Of a stretch of DNA of 64,000 nt, positions 1-9,105 are shown in pieces. Position numbers and translations under genes: made by a program. Origin of the DNA: an uncultured Pseudomonadota bacterium (lineage in GTDB: Bacteria; Oederibacteriota; Muellerivitia; Muellerivitales; Muellerivitaceae); contig CAVYRH010000004.1 of assembly GCA_963770835.1 (NCBI GenBank), forward strand, positions 715,339-779,338. The letters run 5' to 3'. Numbering within the stretch: the stretch's first letter is position 1; every line of letters starts with the position of its first letter. The notes beneath the pieces were generated by a model, which saw only the letters and a list, made by a program, of their open reading frames with translations, was not told the origin of the DNA and did not search any database.

Positions 1-154
1 GGGCCTCCACCAGGGCGGAGGCCAGCGCTTTGGAAGTTTCCGTAGGCTGCTTCAACAGGTGAAACGCCAGGCGCTGGGCCGTGCGGGGCCCGATGCCGGG
101 AAGCTTTTCCAATTCGTGCAGCAGCCTTTCAAGGGAAGGGGGATATTCGGCCAT
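1..154 (-). CDS. recR: Recombination mediator RecR, 5' part (runs off the window start)
   Basis: Hand translation from ATG at 154: MAEYPPSLERLLHELEKLPGIGPRTAQRLAFHLLKQ, the RecR HhH N-terminus; follows ybaB in the canonical dnaX-ybaB-recR order. Confidence 0.93.
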   Translation of the reverse strand, partial: MAEYPPSLERLLHELEKLPGIGPRTAQRLAFHLLKQPTETSKALASALVEA

Positions 155-156
155 TC

Positions 157-453
157 TTAAAACATTCCGGGCAAGCCCAACCCGCCGGTCATTTTCGATA
201 CTTCGGTTTTGAGCTTTTCGTTCACCTGGTGGCCGGCGTCGTTGGTGGCGGCCTGGATGAGATCCTGCAATTTTTCAGTGTCGCCGGCGGCCTTGGGATC
301 GATCACCACCTTTTGAATCTCGTGCTTGCCGTTCATGGTGATCGTGACAGCCCCCTCTCCGGCGGTACCCGTAAAGGACTGGGCCTCCAACTCCTTCTGA
401 AATTGGCCCATTCTTTCCTTCAGCGCGTGGGCTTGGCGGATGATGTCGAACAT
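157..453 (-). CDS. ybaB: YbaB/EbfC nucleoid-associated protein
   Basis: 98 aa, GTAGEGAVTITMNG...LQDLIQAATNDA motif; lies between dnaX and recR. Confidence 0.92.
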   Translation of the reverse strand: MFDIIRQAHALKERMGQFQKELEAQSFTGTAGEGAVTITMNGKHEIQKVVIDPKAAGDTEKLQDLIQAATNDAGHQVNEKLKTEVSKMTGGLGLPGMF

Positions 454-461
454 TTAAACTC

Positions 462-520
462 CAGTCGGCAGCCCGCAGTCCACAGTCGACAGCTATCAAC
501 GGTGAACCGGTAACTGCCAG
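462..520. repeat. Heptamer tandem array (CAGTCNN-like) upstream of ybaB
   Basis: cagtcgg-cagcccg-cagtcca-cagtcga-cagctat; same family at 2249 and 40396. Confidence 0.65.
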
Positions 521-2239
521 CTACTTTTGGGGATTATTTCTTTTCACTTCAACGATCTTCCCACCGAACATTTTGAGCGCGGCAGCCACGATGGGTTCTT
601 CCTTTTCGAGTTTTTCCACGTCCACCTTCGGGGCCGAGAGGGGTTTGGGGGCACGAGGACCGGAGGGTTTCTCGGGAGAGGGGGCGCTGCTTTCGGGAAG
701 GACGGGGACCAATGTGATCTTGCGGCCCAGGACCTCTTCCAGCAGTTTTTCCAGGAACACCTTGTTTTCCGGTTTGGAAAGCTGTTCGTGATGGAAGGGC
801 CCCTTACAGACCAAGGTGAGGGTTCCTTCGTCGATTTTCTTGGGGCGGGTGTCGACCAAGACGCCCTTTAAGCTGGCCTTCTGCGCGCCGACCTTTTCCA
901 AAAACTCCTGCCACTGGGACTTCAATTTGGCCATCTCCGGGTTTTGCTCGGCCTCCACGGGTTCCTCGATCTCGTCCACCGCCAAGACCGGTTCGCCCAT
1001 GGGCGCCAGTGCGGGCTTGGGCGCAAAGGAAGCTGCCCCTTCGCTGACGCTTCGGGGGGCAGGCGGCTTGTCAGTCGAAGCCTTGGCGTAGGCCGGGGAA
1101 GGTGCGCGGCCGCCCTCCACCTGTTTCAACAGGTCGCCCACGGAAATCAAGTTCTTCAAGCGACAAAGCTCGAGAACCAATGTTTCCAAAATGACCTGGG
1201 GGTTGGCCGAGTGCCGCACGGCCCATTCCTGCTCAATGAGCAGCCGCAAGGAAGAAAGGATTTGCGCTTCCTCCATCTGGGAGGAAAGGGCGGTGAGTTT
1301 GGCGACCTCATCGGCGGACAAGGGAATCAGGGAGGCGGCGGAAGCGGGATAGGCCTTGGCCACCGCCAGGTGCCGGAAGGTTTCCAGAAGGCCGGCGTAA
1401 AAATGCTCCAGGTCCTTACCGCCGTCGATGACGCCCTTGACCACGGCCAGGGCGGAGGGGGCGTCCTGGCTCGCAGCGGCCTCGGCCAGCTTGAGAAATA
1501 CCTCTTCATCGATCGCGCCCAGGACCACGCGGATGTCCTCCAGGGTGACTTTCTTGCCGGAGAAGGCCACCAGCTGGTCCAGGTTCCTCTGAGCGTCCCG
1601 CATGGAGCCGCCGCCCGAACGGGCGACCTGGTAGAGGGCCTTGTCGTCGATTTCGATCTTCTCGGCTTCCGAAATGCGCCGCAACTGTTTCTGGAGGGTA
1701 TCCAGGCCCATGGCGCGGAACTCGAAACGCTGGCAGCGGGACTGGACGGTAGCGGGAAAGGAGTGGATTTCGGTGGAGGCCAGGATGAAGACGACGTGGG
1801 CCGGGGGTTCCTCCAGAGTTTTCAGGAAGGCGTCGAAGGCGGCCTTCGAGATGCGGTGGGCTTCGTCGAAGATGTAGACCTTGTACTTGGCTTTGGCCGG
1901 GGCATTGCCCACGCGTTGCTGCAAGTCGCGGATATCATCAATGCCGTTCACGGAAGCGGCGTCGATCTCGATGATGTCCATGGACGTCCCGTTGTTGACA
2001 TCCTCACAAATATCGCAGGTATTGCAGGGTTCGGTGTCCTTGGGGTTGCGGCAGTTGAGCGCCTTGGCGAAGATGCGGGCAGTGGTGGTCTTCCCCACGC
2101 CCCGAGGCCCGGCGAAGATATAGGCATGGGCCACGCGGTCGGCGCGGATGGCGTTTTGGAGGGTTCGGGTGATGTGTTCCTGGCCCACCATATCGGCGAA
2201 GACCTGGGGGCGCCATTTGAGGGCCATAACTTGGGACAT
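521..2239 (-). CDS. dnaX: DNA polymerase III subunit gamma/tau
   Basis: KWRPQ.F, Walker A GPRGVGKTT, Zn cysteines, EIDAAS, DEAH, QSRCQ. Confidence 0.97.
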   Translation of the reverse strand: MSQVMALKWRPQVFADMVGQEHITRTLQNAIRADRVAHAYIFAGPRGVGKTTTARIFAKALNCRNPKDTEPCNTCDICEDVNNGTSMDIIEIDAASVNGIDDIRDLQQRVGNAPAKAKYKVYIFDEAHRISKAAFDAFLKTLEEPPAHVVFILASTEIHSFPATVQSRCQRFEFRAMGLDTLQKQLRRISEAEKIEIDDKALYQVARSGGGSMRDAQRNLDQLVAFSGKKVTLEDIRVVLGAIDEEVFLKLAEAAASQDAPSALAVVKGVIDGGKDLEHFYAGLLETFRHLAVAKAYPASAASLIPLSADEVAKLTALSSQMEEAQILSSLRLLIEQEWAVRHSANPQVILETLVLELCRLKNLISVGDLLKQVEGGRAPSPAYAKASTDKPPAPRSVSEGAASFAPKPALAPMGEPVLAVDEIEEPVEAEQNPEMAKLKSQWQEFLEKVGAQKASLKGVLVDTRPKKIDEGTLTLVCKGPFHHEQLSKPENKVFLEKLLEEVLGRKITLVPVLPESSAPSPEKPSGPRAPKPLSAPKVDVEKLEKEEPIVAAALKMFGGKIVEVKRNNPQK

Positions 2240-2248
2240 CTAAAACTC

Positions 2249-2316
2249 CAGTCTGAAGTTCGCAGTCCGCAGTTCGCAGTGAAAGACCTGAAATTTAGAC
2301 CTGAGAACTTCGAACT
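2249..2316. repeat. Heptamer tandem array with partial inverted half, upstream of dnaX
   Basis: cagtctg-aagttcg-cagtccg-cagttcg-cagt ... ctgagaa-cttcgaa-ct. Confidence 0.6.
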
Positions 2317-2340
2317 CGCCGCCCGTAGGGCGGCGCTCAC

Positions 2341-2458
2341 CCCGCCGTGGGAGCCAGGTTACCTACAACACCCGAACATCGACCTGACCGTTGCTTCCTT
2401 CCGGACCTAGCGGAGTTGGGGCCGCATCGCCGTATAGGACCCGACTCCCACGCCGGGG
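2341..2458 (-). ncRNA. ffs: Small bacterial SRP RNA (4.5S)
   Basis: Minus strand carries the helix-8 motif AGGTCCGGAAGGAAGCAACGG; 5' and 3' ends pair (GTGGGAG/CTCCCAC); classic position upstream of dnaX. Confidence 0.9.
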
Positions 2459-2643
2459 TGACAAAACCATCGTATCGGAAGGTTTCTGTGTTTTCCATCC
2501 GTCAATGGGGAGTGAATTATAGTGTAAAAGAGGTGGAAAACGCGGGTGAAAAGAATCTTAGTAAAATCCTTTATGCTTGCGATAAAAATAAGGTTTTGGG
2601 TAATATACTCGTCCTTTCCTTAGATTTTAGGAAAGAAACTGAC

Positions 2644-2720
2644 GCGCCTGTGGCTCAACTGGATAGAGCAACTGACTACGGATCAGTAGGTTGGGGGTTC
2701 AAATCCCTCCAGGCGCACCA
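2644..2720 (+). tRNA. tRNA-Arg(ACG)
   Basis: Cloverleaf, anticodon loop ct-ACG-ga, GTTCAAATC T-loop, encoded CCA. Confidence 0.96.
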
Positions 2721-2739
2721 TCTTTCTTTATAGATAGTA

Positions 2740-3216
2740 GTGAGGTTTCAGCTGAACCACTCCCCCGAACATTTCATGCGGGAAGCTTTGAAGGAAGCCG
2801 CCAAGGCCGCCCGAAAGGGCGAAGTTCCTGTGGGTGCGGTGGTGGTGAAGGGTGGAAAGATCATTGCCCGGGGGCATAACCTCACCGAGCAAAAACAAAG
2901 TGTCCTGACCCATGCGGAAATGATGGCCTTATCCAAGGCCTCGAAGAAACTGAAAAGCTGGCGTTTGAATGGTTGTGATTTATATGTGACCTTGGAGCCT
3001 TGTGGCATGTGCGCGGGAGCCATTGTGTTATCGAGGATCGAGAACCTTTTTTACGGGGCCGCAGATCCCAAGGCGGGGGTTGTCGAAAGTATCGCAAAGG
3101 CCCTGGAGAACCCGAAATTGAACCACCGGGTCAAAGTTACCGGCGGTATATTAAAGGAAGAATGTTCGAAGGTTTTGAGCGATTTCTTCAAGGAAATTCG
3201 CCGCAAGGCCAAATGA
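2740..3216 (+). CDS. tadA: tRNA adenosine(34) deaminase
   Basis: GEVPVGAV, HAE, TLEPCGMC zinc-deaminase motifs, LNHRV. Confidence 0.93.
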   Translation: MRFQLNHSPEHFMREALKEAAKAARKGEVPVGAVVVKGGKIIARGHNLTEQKQSVLTHAEMMALSKASKKLKSWRLNGCDLYVTLEPCGMCAGAIVLSRIENLFYGAADPKAGVVESIAKALENPKLNHRVKVTGGILKEECSKVLSDFFKEIRRKAK

Positions 3217-3223
3217 CGGTTGT

Positions 3224-3299
3224 GGGGATGTAGCTCAGTTGGGAGAGCGTCTCGTTCGCAACGAGAAGGTCGGCGGTTCGATCCCGCTCATCTCCACCA
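3224..3299 (+). tRNA. tRNA-Ala(CGC)
   Basis: GGGGATGTAGCTCAG start, anticodon loop tt-CGC-aa, GTTCGATCC, CCA end. Confidence 0.95.
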
Positions 3300-3357
3300 A
3301 TTTTTTTGATGTGTCGTTGAGGGGAGTGAGCATTGCCTCGGCCCCTTTTTTGTTTAC

Positions 3358-3448
3358 GGAGAGATGGCCGAGCGGTCGAAGGCGCACGCCTGGAAAGCGT
3401 GTAGGCTCCAAAAGGGTCTCAAGGGTTCGAATCCCTTTCTCTCCGCCA
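3358..3448 (+). tRNA. tRNA-Ser(GGA)
   Basis: Long variable arm, anticodon loop ct-GGA-aa, GTTCGAATCC, CCA end. Confidence 0.95.
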
Positions 3449-3478
3449 TTATTTTCTTTTCCGAAGCTCCCCTAAAGT

Positions 3479-4084
3479 TTACCTATCCCAAAAACCCGAC
3501 AAAAGCAGGATGCCAACGACGCCGAAGGCTAAGGCGGCGATCCGCTGCAATAGGGCGGGCCGGATGAACTTCTTGGAATGGTGCCCGATCAGGACGAACA
3601 TCCCGCTGGCCAGCCAAAGGGCCGAGGTGGAGGCCAGGAAAACCGTCGCCGGGTGCCCGCTGGCGGCCACCCGGGTGGCGGTGGCCAACTGGGTCAAGTC
3701 CCCCCATTCGGCGATAAAAATCACAAGGAAAGCGGACCAAACGGTTTTCCAGAAATGGTCCTTGGCCTTGAGCTTGGCTTTCCCCTCTTTTTCCTCTCCC
3801 CGGAACCACATCCAAACGGCGAAGCCTAAGAAAAGGATTCCCGCGCCCACATGCACCACGCGGTGGGGTAAAAGCGTCAGGAGGCTTCCGGCGAGGATGG
3901 CGATGAGGTTTTGGACCAGGTAGGCCCCGCAGACCCCCAGGTAGACCCCCAGGGGATGGCGCTGGCTGGACATGATCAGGACGGCGAAAGCCGTCTTATC
4001 CGGCAGTTCGGCCAAGAAGATCAGGACGAAAGTGGAAAAAAAGAGTTCCCAATCCATCCCATGTTGGAAAAGGGTAGGCTCCAT
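3479..4084 (-). CDS. TMEM165/GDT1 (UPF0016) Mn2+/Ca2+ transporter
   Basis: Two family motifs ELPDKT and EWGDLTQ; about six TM helices. Confidence 0.88.
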   Translation of the reverse strand: MEPTLFQHGMDWELFFSTFVLIFLAELPDKTAFAVLIMSSQRHPLGVYLGVCGAYLVQNLIAILAGSLLTLLPHRVVHVGAGILFLGFAVWMWFRGEEKEGKAKLKAKDHFWKTVWSAFLVIFIAEWGDLTQLATATRVAASGHPATVFLASTSALWLASGMFVLIGHHSKKFIRPALLQRIAALAFGVVGILLLSGFWDR

Positions 4085-4245
4085 AGGCCGCCCATCATAG
4101 GTTCCCGGCCGCGGGGAATCACGGATTTTTCGCTCCCCCCAAGGCCATTTTGGGGGTTTGGGGTCCTGAAACCTTTTGGAACCGCCTGTCGTCTTATATG
4201 CAGCCGTTTTGGAATAGGGCTAATCCATTGGGGGAGGTGGGGAAG

Positions 4246-4470
4246 ATGAAACGTTCTTTAGCTGTCGCGCTGAGCATGCTGGTCTTGGCCGGTACATCCA
4301 TGGTTTGGGCGGATTCGACTAGCCCGACCAAAACCGTTAAAACCGTGAAACACCACAAGAAGCGTAAGGTGGCTTTGAACCCCCAACCCCTTCCGCCGGC
4401 CAAAGTTCCGGTTGACGGCGCCTCCGCTGGGCCGGGAGGCAGGACGACCGGGCCCAACACCCACCAATAA
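4246..4470 (+). CDS. Small secreted K/H-rich protein with ALNPQPLPP motif
   Basis: RBS GGAGG, signal peptide ending VWA-D, KTVKTVKHHKKRK, followed by a terminator. Confidence 0.7.
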   Translation: MKRSLAVALSMLVLAGTSMVWADSTSPTKTVKTVKHHKKRKVALNPQPLPPAKVPVDGASAGPGGRTTGPNTHQ

Positions 4471-4493
4471 GTTTTCAGCGCATAAAGCAATCC

Positions 4494-4524
4494 AGGGCGT
4501 CCTCCCAAAAGGACGCCCTTTTTT
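4494..4524 (+). terminator. Rho-independent terminator
   Basis: agggcgtcct...aggacgccct hairpin followed by a T run. Confidence 0.75.
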
Positions 4525-4605
4525 GTGCCCTTTGGGCATTCCTTTTTGCACGCCTAATGGTTAATCTAGTGGGAGCCGATGGATACAAAAACGAAGGGAG
4601 GAAAA

Positions 4606-4803
4606 ATGAAAAATTTATTCAGGATTTTGCTGGGCGTTTTGTTTTTAGGCAGCGCGGGTATAGCCATGGCGGACGACCACCCGGGGGATCACCCGGACGA
4701 CCATCATAAAATCGTCCACAAAAAAAGACGCCATCACCCCAAGCCGGTTCATCATGACGACCACCCCGTCGATCATCACGACGACCACCCGGACCAGCAT
4801 TAA
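4606..4803 (+). CDS. Small secreted His/Asp-rich protein
   Basis: RBS GGAGG, signal peptide ending AMA-D, repeated DDHP/DDHH motifs. Confidence 0.72.
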   Translation: MKNLFRILLGVLFLGSAGIAMADDHPGDHPDDHHKIVHKKRRHHPKPVHHDDHPVDHHDDHPDQH

Positions 4804-4825
4804 TCCTTAAGAGAAGCGGATATGG

Positions 4826-4857
4826 GGCGGAAGCCAAAAGGCTTCCGCCTTTTTTTA
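4826..4857 (+). terminator. Rho-independent terminator
   Basis: ggcggaagcc-aaaa-ggcttccgcc followed by TTTTTTT. Confidence 0.75.
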
Positions 4858-5187
4858 TGCCCATTTCTTGAAGACGAAAAAGACGGCCCCCACCATGAAG
4901 GCGAATCCCACTAGATAATTCCATTTAAGGTCTTCCTTCAGGAAAAAAACCGAGAAGAAACAAAAAACGATAAGGGTGATGACTTCCTGGATGGTCTTCA
5001 GCTGGGCGGTGGTGAACTCGTAACTGCCGATTCGGTTGGCGGGCACCTGGAAGCAATATTCGAAGAAGGCGATGCCCCAGCTCACCAGGATGGCGATCCA
5101 GAGGGGGCTGGTCTTGTATTTGAGGTGCCCGTACCAGGCGAAGGTCATGAAGGCATTGGAAATGAACAACAATAGGATGGTGCGCAT
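4855..5187 (-). CDS. DMT-family small membrane protein (DUF486-like)
   Basis: SNAFMTFAWYGHLK ... EYCFQVPANRIG ... QLKTIQEVITL signature. Confidence 0.85.
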   Translation of the reverse strand: MRTILLLFISNAFMTFAWYGHLKYKTSPLWIAILVSWGIAFFEYCFQVPANRIGSYEFTTAQLKTIQEVITLIVFCFFSVFFLKEDLKWNYLVGFAFMVGAVFFVFKKWA

Positions 5188-5347
5188 AGGGCGTACCCCT
5201 TTCTTAGGTATAAGCGGCGACCCAAATTAAACCGAGCCCCCCGCCAAAACAATGGGGTTCCTCTCATGTTCCCCGGGAATAACGCCTTGAAGCCCCTCCC
5301 GAAAGACCCTAAACTGTCGCTCCATTTCGCCAAGAAAGGAAAAACCC

Positions 5348-8300
5348 GTGGCCCGGCCGCTCTTTTTGGACGCCCTCAAGAAAAAAGTCCTCATCTTTGA
5401 TGGGGCCATGGGCACCAATATCCAGGTTTATAACCTCACGAAAGAGGATTTCGGGGGCAAGGAGGGCCTGAACGACTACCTGGTCATCACCAAGCCCCAG
5501 GTCATCCGGGAGATCCACGAGGGGTTCCTCAAAGTGGGGGTCGACTGCCTGGAAACCAATACCTTCGGCTCCAACCGCTTGAAACTGGAAGAGTACGGTA
5601 TCGGCGACCAGATCGTGCAGGTCAACACCGCCGCCGTCAAGCTGGCGCGCGAATTGGCCGATAAGTATTCCACCCCCGACCAACCCCGCTTCGTTGTCGG
5701 CTCCATGGGCCCCACGGGCATGCTTCCCGCCTCGGAAGACCCGGACCTGGGCAAGATCACCGTCGATGAATTGGAAGCCATTTATTATGAGCAGGCCTGC
5801 ATCATGATCGACGCGGGCGTGGACGCGCTCCTGGTGGAAACCAGCCAGGACATCCTGGAAATGCGCGCGGCGGTCTTCGGCTGCCACCGGGCGCGCACCG
5901 AGAAGAAATCACCCGTGGGGATCATGGCCCAGACCACGCTGGACACCACGGGCCGCATGCTGCTGGGCACGGACATCGGTTCGGTGCTTTCCACCTTCTC
6001 GCGCCTTCCCATCGACGTACTCGGCATGAACTGTTCCACCGGCCCCAAGGAAATGAAGGACTCGGTGCGGTACCTGGGCCAATACTCGGGCATCCCCATC
6101 TCCACGATCCCCAACGCGGGCCTTCCCGAAAACCGGGGCGGCCAGGCGGTTTATCCGCTGAAACCGGAGGCCCTGGCGGCGGCGCTGAAGGAATTCGTCG
6201 AGGAGTTCGGCGTCAACGTGGTGGGGGGCTGCTGCGGCACCACCCATGAGCACCTGCGCCAAGTGGTCCAGGCCATCGGCCACCGGGCGCCCAAGAAGCG
6301 GGACGTGACCCACCTTTGCAACGTTTCCTCGATGATCAAGGCCGTGGACATGGACCAGGACCCCAAGCCGCTGATCGTGGGTGAGCGCGTCAATTCCCAA
6401 GGCTCCCGCAAGATCAAGCAGATGCTTTTGGCGGACGACTACGAGGGCATGGTGGCGGTCGGGCGGGGCCAGGCCGAGGGCGGGGCCCATGTGCTGGACG
6501 TCTGCGTTGCCTTGACCGAACGGCCCGACGAGAAGGACCAGATGAAGGCGGTCGTCAAAAAGCTGGCCCTGGGGGTGGATACGCCGGTCATGATCGACAG
6601 CACCGAGGCGGACGTCATTGAGGCGGCCCTGAAAATTTACCCGGGCCGGGCGATGGTGAATTCCATCAACCTGGAAGGGGACGGCTCCCGCGTGAAGCGG
6701 GTCTGCCCTTTGATCAAAAAATACGGCGCCACGGTCGTGGCCATGACCATCGACGACCTCTATTACGACAAGTCCAAACCCGCGGAAAAGGGCATGGCGA
6801 AAACCGCCGCCCGGAAGCTGGAAGTGGCCAAGAAGATCACGGATATCTGCGTGAACGAATACGGCATTCCCGCCGAGGACATCGTCTTCGACGCCCTCAC
6901 CTTTACCCTGGCCACCGGCGAGGCGGAATTCCTGAACTCCGCCGTCGAGACCATGGAAGGCATCAAGGCGATCAAGAAGGAAATCCCGGGCGTGCGCACC
7001 GTGTTGGGCTTGTCCAACGTGTCCTTCGGGCTTTCCAAGCAGGCGCGCGAAGTGCTCAATTCCGTCTTCCTTTACCATTGCGTGCACGCGGGGCTGGATA
7101 TGGCCATCCTGAACCCGGCGGATATCAAGCCCTACGCTTCCATCGCCGGGGACGAGCGCAAGCTGGCCGACGATCTGGTCTTCAACCGCGACCCCCAGGC
7201 CCTGGCCCATTTCATCCAGCATTTCGCGGGCAAGGCCCCCGTGGAGGCCCAAGGCGCCGCCGACCCGACGGAAGGCATGACCTTCGCCCAGAAGGTCCAT
7301 TGGAAGATCGTCAACCGCAAGCCCGACAAGATCGAGGCGGACCTGGCCGAGGTGATGAAGGAAAAAACCGCCGTCGAGACCCTCAATACCGTCCTCCTTC
7401 CCGCCATGAAGGAAGTGGGGGACAAGTTCGGTTCCGGTGAATTGATATTGCCTTTCGTGCTGCAATCCGCCGAGGTCATGAAGCGGGCCGTGGCCTATGT
7501 GGAACAGTTCCTGGACAAGTCCACCGCCACCACCAAGGGCACGGTGGTGCTGGCCACCGTTTACGGCGACGTGCACGACATCGGCAAGAACCTGGTGAGG
7601 ACCATCCTTTCCAACAACGGCTACACGGTTTACGACCTGGGCAAGCAGGTGCCCGTTTCCACCATCATCGCCAAGGCGCAGGAAGTGAAGGCCGACGCCA
7701 TCGGCCTTTCGGCCCTCCTGGTGGTCACCAGCAAGCAGATGCCCATCTGCGTACAGGAACTGGAAAAGATGGGCCTCCAATATCCCGTGGTGGTTGGGGG
7801 CGCCGCCATCAACCGCCGCTATGGCTACCGCATCAGCTTCGTGGATGAGAAGCTTTACGAACCCGGCGTTTATTACGCCAAGGATGCCTTCGAGGGGCTC
7901 GATATCCTGAACGCCCTGTCGGACCTAGCCAGTCGGGAAACCTTCCGGAACAAGGTGAAGGAAGAAGCCCTCAACTCCAAGGCCGTCGGGTTCGCCGACG
8001 CCAAGGTGGAAGAGGGGGAAGCCACGCCGGAAAAATACCCGCCCACGGTCAAACCGGCCCTGACCATCCCGAAGAATCCCTTCGCGGGAACCTCCATTAT
8101 CAACAAGGTGCCTTTAAGGGAAATCTGGCCCTATTTGGACCTGACCCAGCTTTACAAGCTCAATTGGGGGGTCAAGGGCAAGGATTCGGAAGAGTATAAG
8201 CACCTCATCCAGACCCAGTTCGAGCCCATGCGCCTGAAGATGCAGGACGAGATTTTGGCCAAGAACTGGTTCGAGCCCAAGCTGGTTTATGGCTTCTGGT

Positions 8301-8821
8301 TGGCCAACTCGGAAGGCAACGACCTTATTATTTACGACGGCAACAACCCCAAGAAGGAACTGGAACGCTTCAAGTTCCCCCGCCAGCGCGTCGGTCGGCA
8401 TTTGTGCCTGTCCGATTACTTCAAGCCGGTTGCCTCCGGCGAGAAGGACGTCGTGGCTTTCCAAGTCGTTACTATCGGCGATAAGGCCACGGAAATCATC
8501 GAGAAGTTGAACAAAGACGGAAAATACACCGATTCCTATTATTTACACGGTTTGGCCGTGCAGACCGCCGAAGCCATGGCGGAATGGATTCACCGCCGAA
8601 TCCGCAAAGAATGGGACCTGCCCATCGGGCAAGGGAAGCGCTATTCGCCCGGCTATCCCGCCTGCCCCGAGCAATCGGACCAGGAAAAGTATTTCCGGCT
8701 CCTGGACGCCACCAAAGCCATCGGCATCACCCTCACGGAAGCCCACATGATGGTGCCCGAGCAGTCCACCAGCGCCATTGTCATCCACCACCCCGAATGC
8801 GAGTATTTCGCGGTGCGTTGA
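5348..8821 (+). CDS. metH: Cobalamin-dependent methionine synthase
   Basis: DGAMGT, GGCCGT, pterin-binding domain, GDVHDIGKNLV B12 motif, C-terminal RYSPGYPACP activation domain. Confidence 0.97.
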   Translation: MARPLFLDALKKKVLIFDGAMGTNIQVYNLTKEDFGGKEGLNDYLVITKPQVIREIHEGFLKVGVDCLETNTFGSNRLKLEEYGIGDQIVQVNTAAVKLARELADKYSTPDQPRFVVGSMGPTGMLPASEDPDLGKITVDELEAIYYEQACIMIDAGVDALLVETSQDILEMRAAVFGCHRARTEKKSPVGIMAQTTLDTTGRMLLGTDIGSVLSTFSRLPIDVLGMNCSTGPKEMKDSVRYLGQYSGIPISTIPNAGLPENRGGQAVYPLKPEALAAALKEFVEEFGVNVVGGCCGTTHEHLRQVVQAIGHRAPKKRDVTHLCNVSSMIKAVDMDQDPKPLIVGERVNSQGSRKIKQMLLADDYEGMVAVGRGQAEGGAHVLDVCVALTERPDEKDQMKAVVKKLALGVDTPVMIDSTEADVIEAALKIYPGRAMVNSINLEGDGSRVKRVCPLIKKYGATVVAMTIDDLYYDKSKPAEKGMAKTAARKLEVAKKITDICVNEYGIPAEDIVFDALTFTLATGEAEFLNSAVETMEGIKAIKKEIPGVRTVLGLSNVSFGLSKQAREVLNSVFLYHCVHAGLDMAILNPADIKPYASIAGDERKLADDLVFNRDPQALAHFIQHFAGKAPVEAQGAADPTEGMTFAQKVHWKIVNRKPDKIEADLAEVMKEKTAVETLNTVLLPAMKEVGDKFGSGELILPFVLQSAEVMKRAVAYVEQFLDKSTATTKGTVVLATVYGDVHDIGKNLVRTILSNNGYTVYDLGKQVPVSTIIAKAQEVKADAIGLSALLVVTSKQMPICVQELEKMGLQYPVVVGGAAINRRYGYRISFVDEKLYEPGVYYAKDAFEGLDILNALSDLASRETFRNKVKEEALNSKAVGFADAKVEEGEATPEKYPPTVKPALTIPKNPFAGTSIINKVPLREIWPYLDLTQLYKLNWGVKGKDSEEYKHLIQTQFEPMRLKMQDEILAKNWFEPKLVYGFWLANSEGNDLIIYDGNNPKKELERFKFPRQRVGRHLCLSDYFKPVASGEKDVVAFQVVTIGDKATEIIEKLNKDGKYTDSYYLHGLAVQTAEAMAEWIHRRIRKEWDLPIGQGKRYSPGYPACPEQSDQEKYFRLLDATKAIGITLTEAHMMVPEQSTSAIVIHHPECEYFAVR

Positions 8822-8886
8822 AAAGCTCTTGACCGGAATATACCGAAAGGATATCTTTGTGATATCTCTTTTGGGAGGTTTCCGCC

Positions 8887-9105
8887 ATGTCCAGCATGCT
8901 GATCAAAAATATTCCTGAGGAAATCAAGAAAAAGCTCAAGGAACAGGCCGAGCTTAACCACCGGTCCGTGAATAAACAGGTGGTGTCAATCCTGGAACAA
9001 GCGGTCGCTAAACCTGGAATCTCCGCTCTTCCCCCGCCGCTCAAATTGAAATTCCGCCCCACGGACGCATGGCTGAACAAGGCCAAACGCTGGGGTCGTC
9101 TTTGA
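8887..9105 (+). CDS. Arc/FitA-like ribbon-helix-helix antitoxin
   Basis: MLIKNIPEEIKKKLKEQAELNHRSVNKQV; stop overlaps the PIN gene start. Confidence 0.85.
   Translation: MSSMLIKNIPEEIKKKLKEQAELNHRSVNKQVVSILEQAVAKPGISALPPPLKLKFRPTDAWLNKAKRWGRL

Noticed and set aside
944..7780. Long antisense ORFs (944-2410, 5909-7780; likewise 39052-40350 and 52653-53816)
   Set aside because: They overlap well-supported genes on the opposite strand and carry no recognisable motifs; expected in GC-rich coding DNA.
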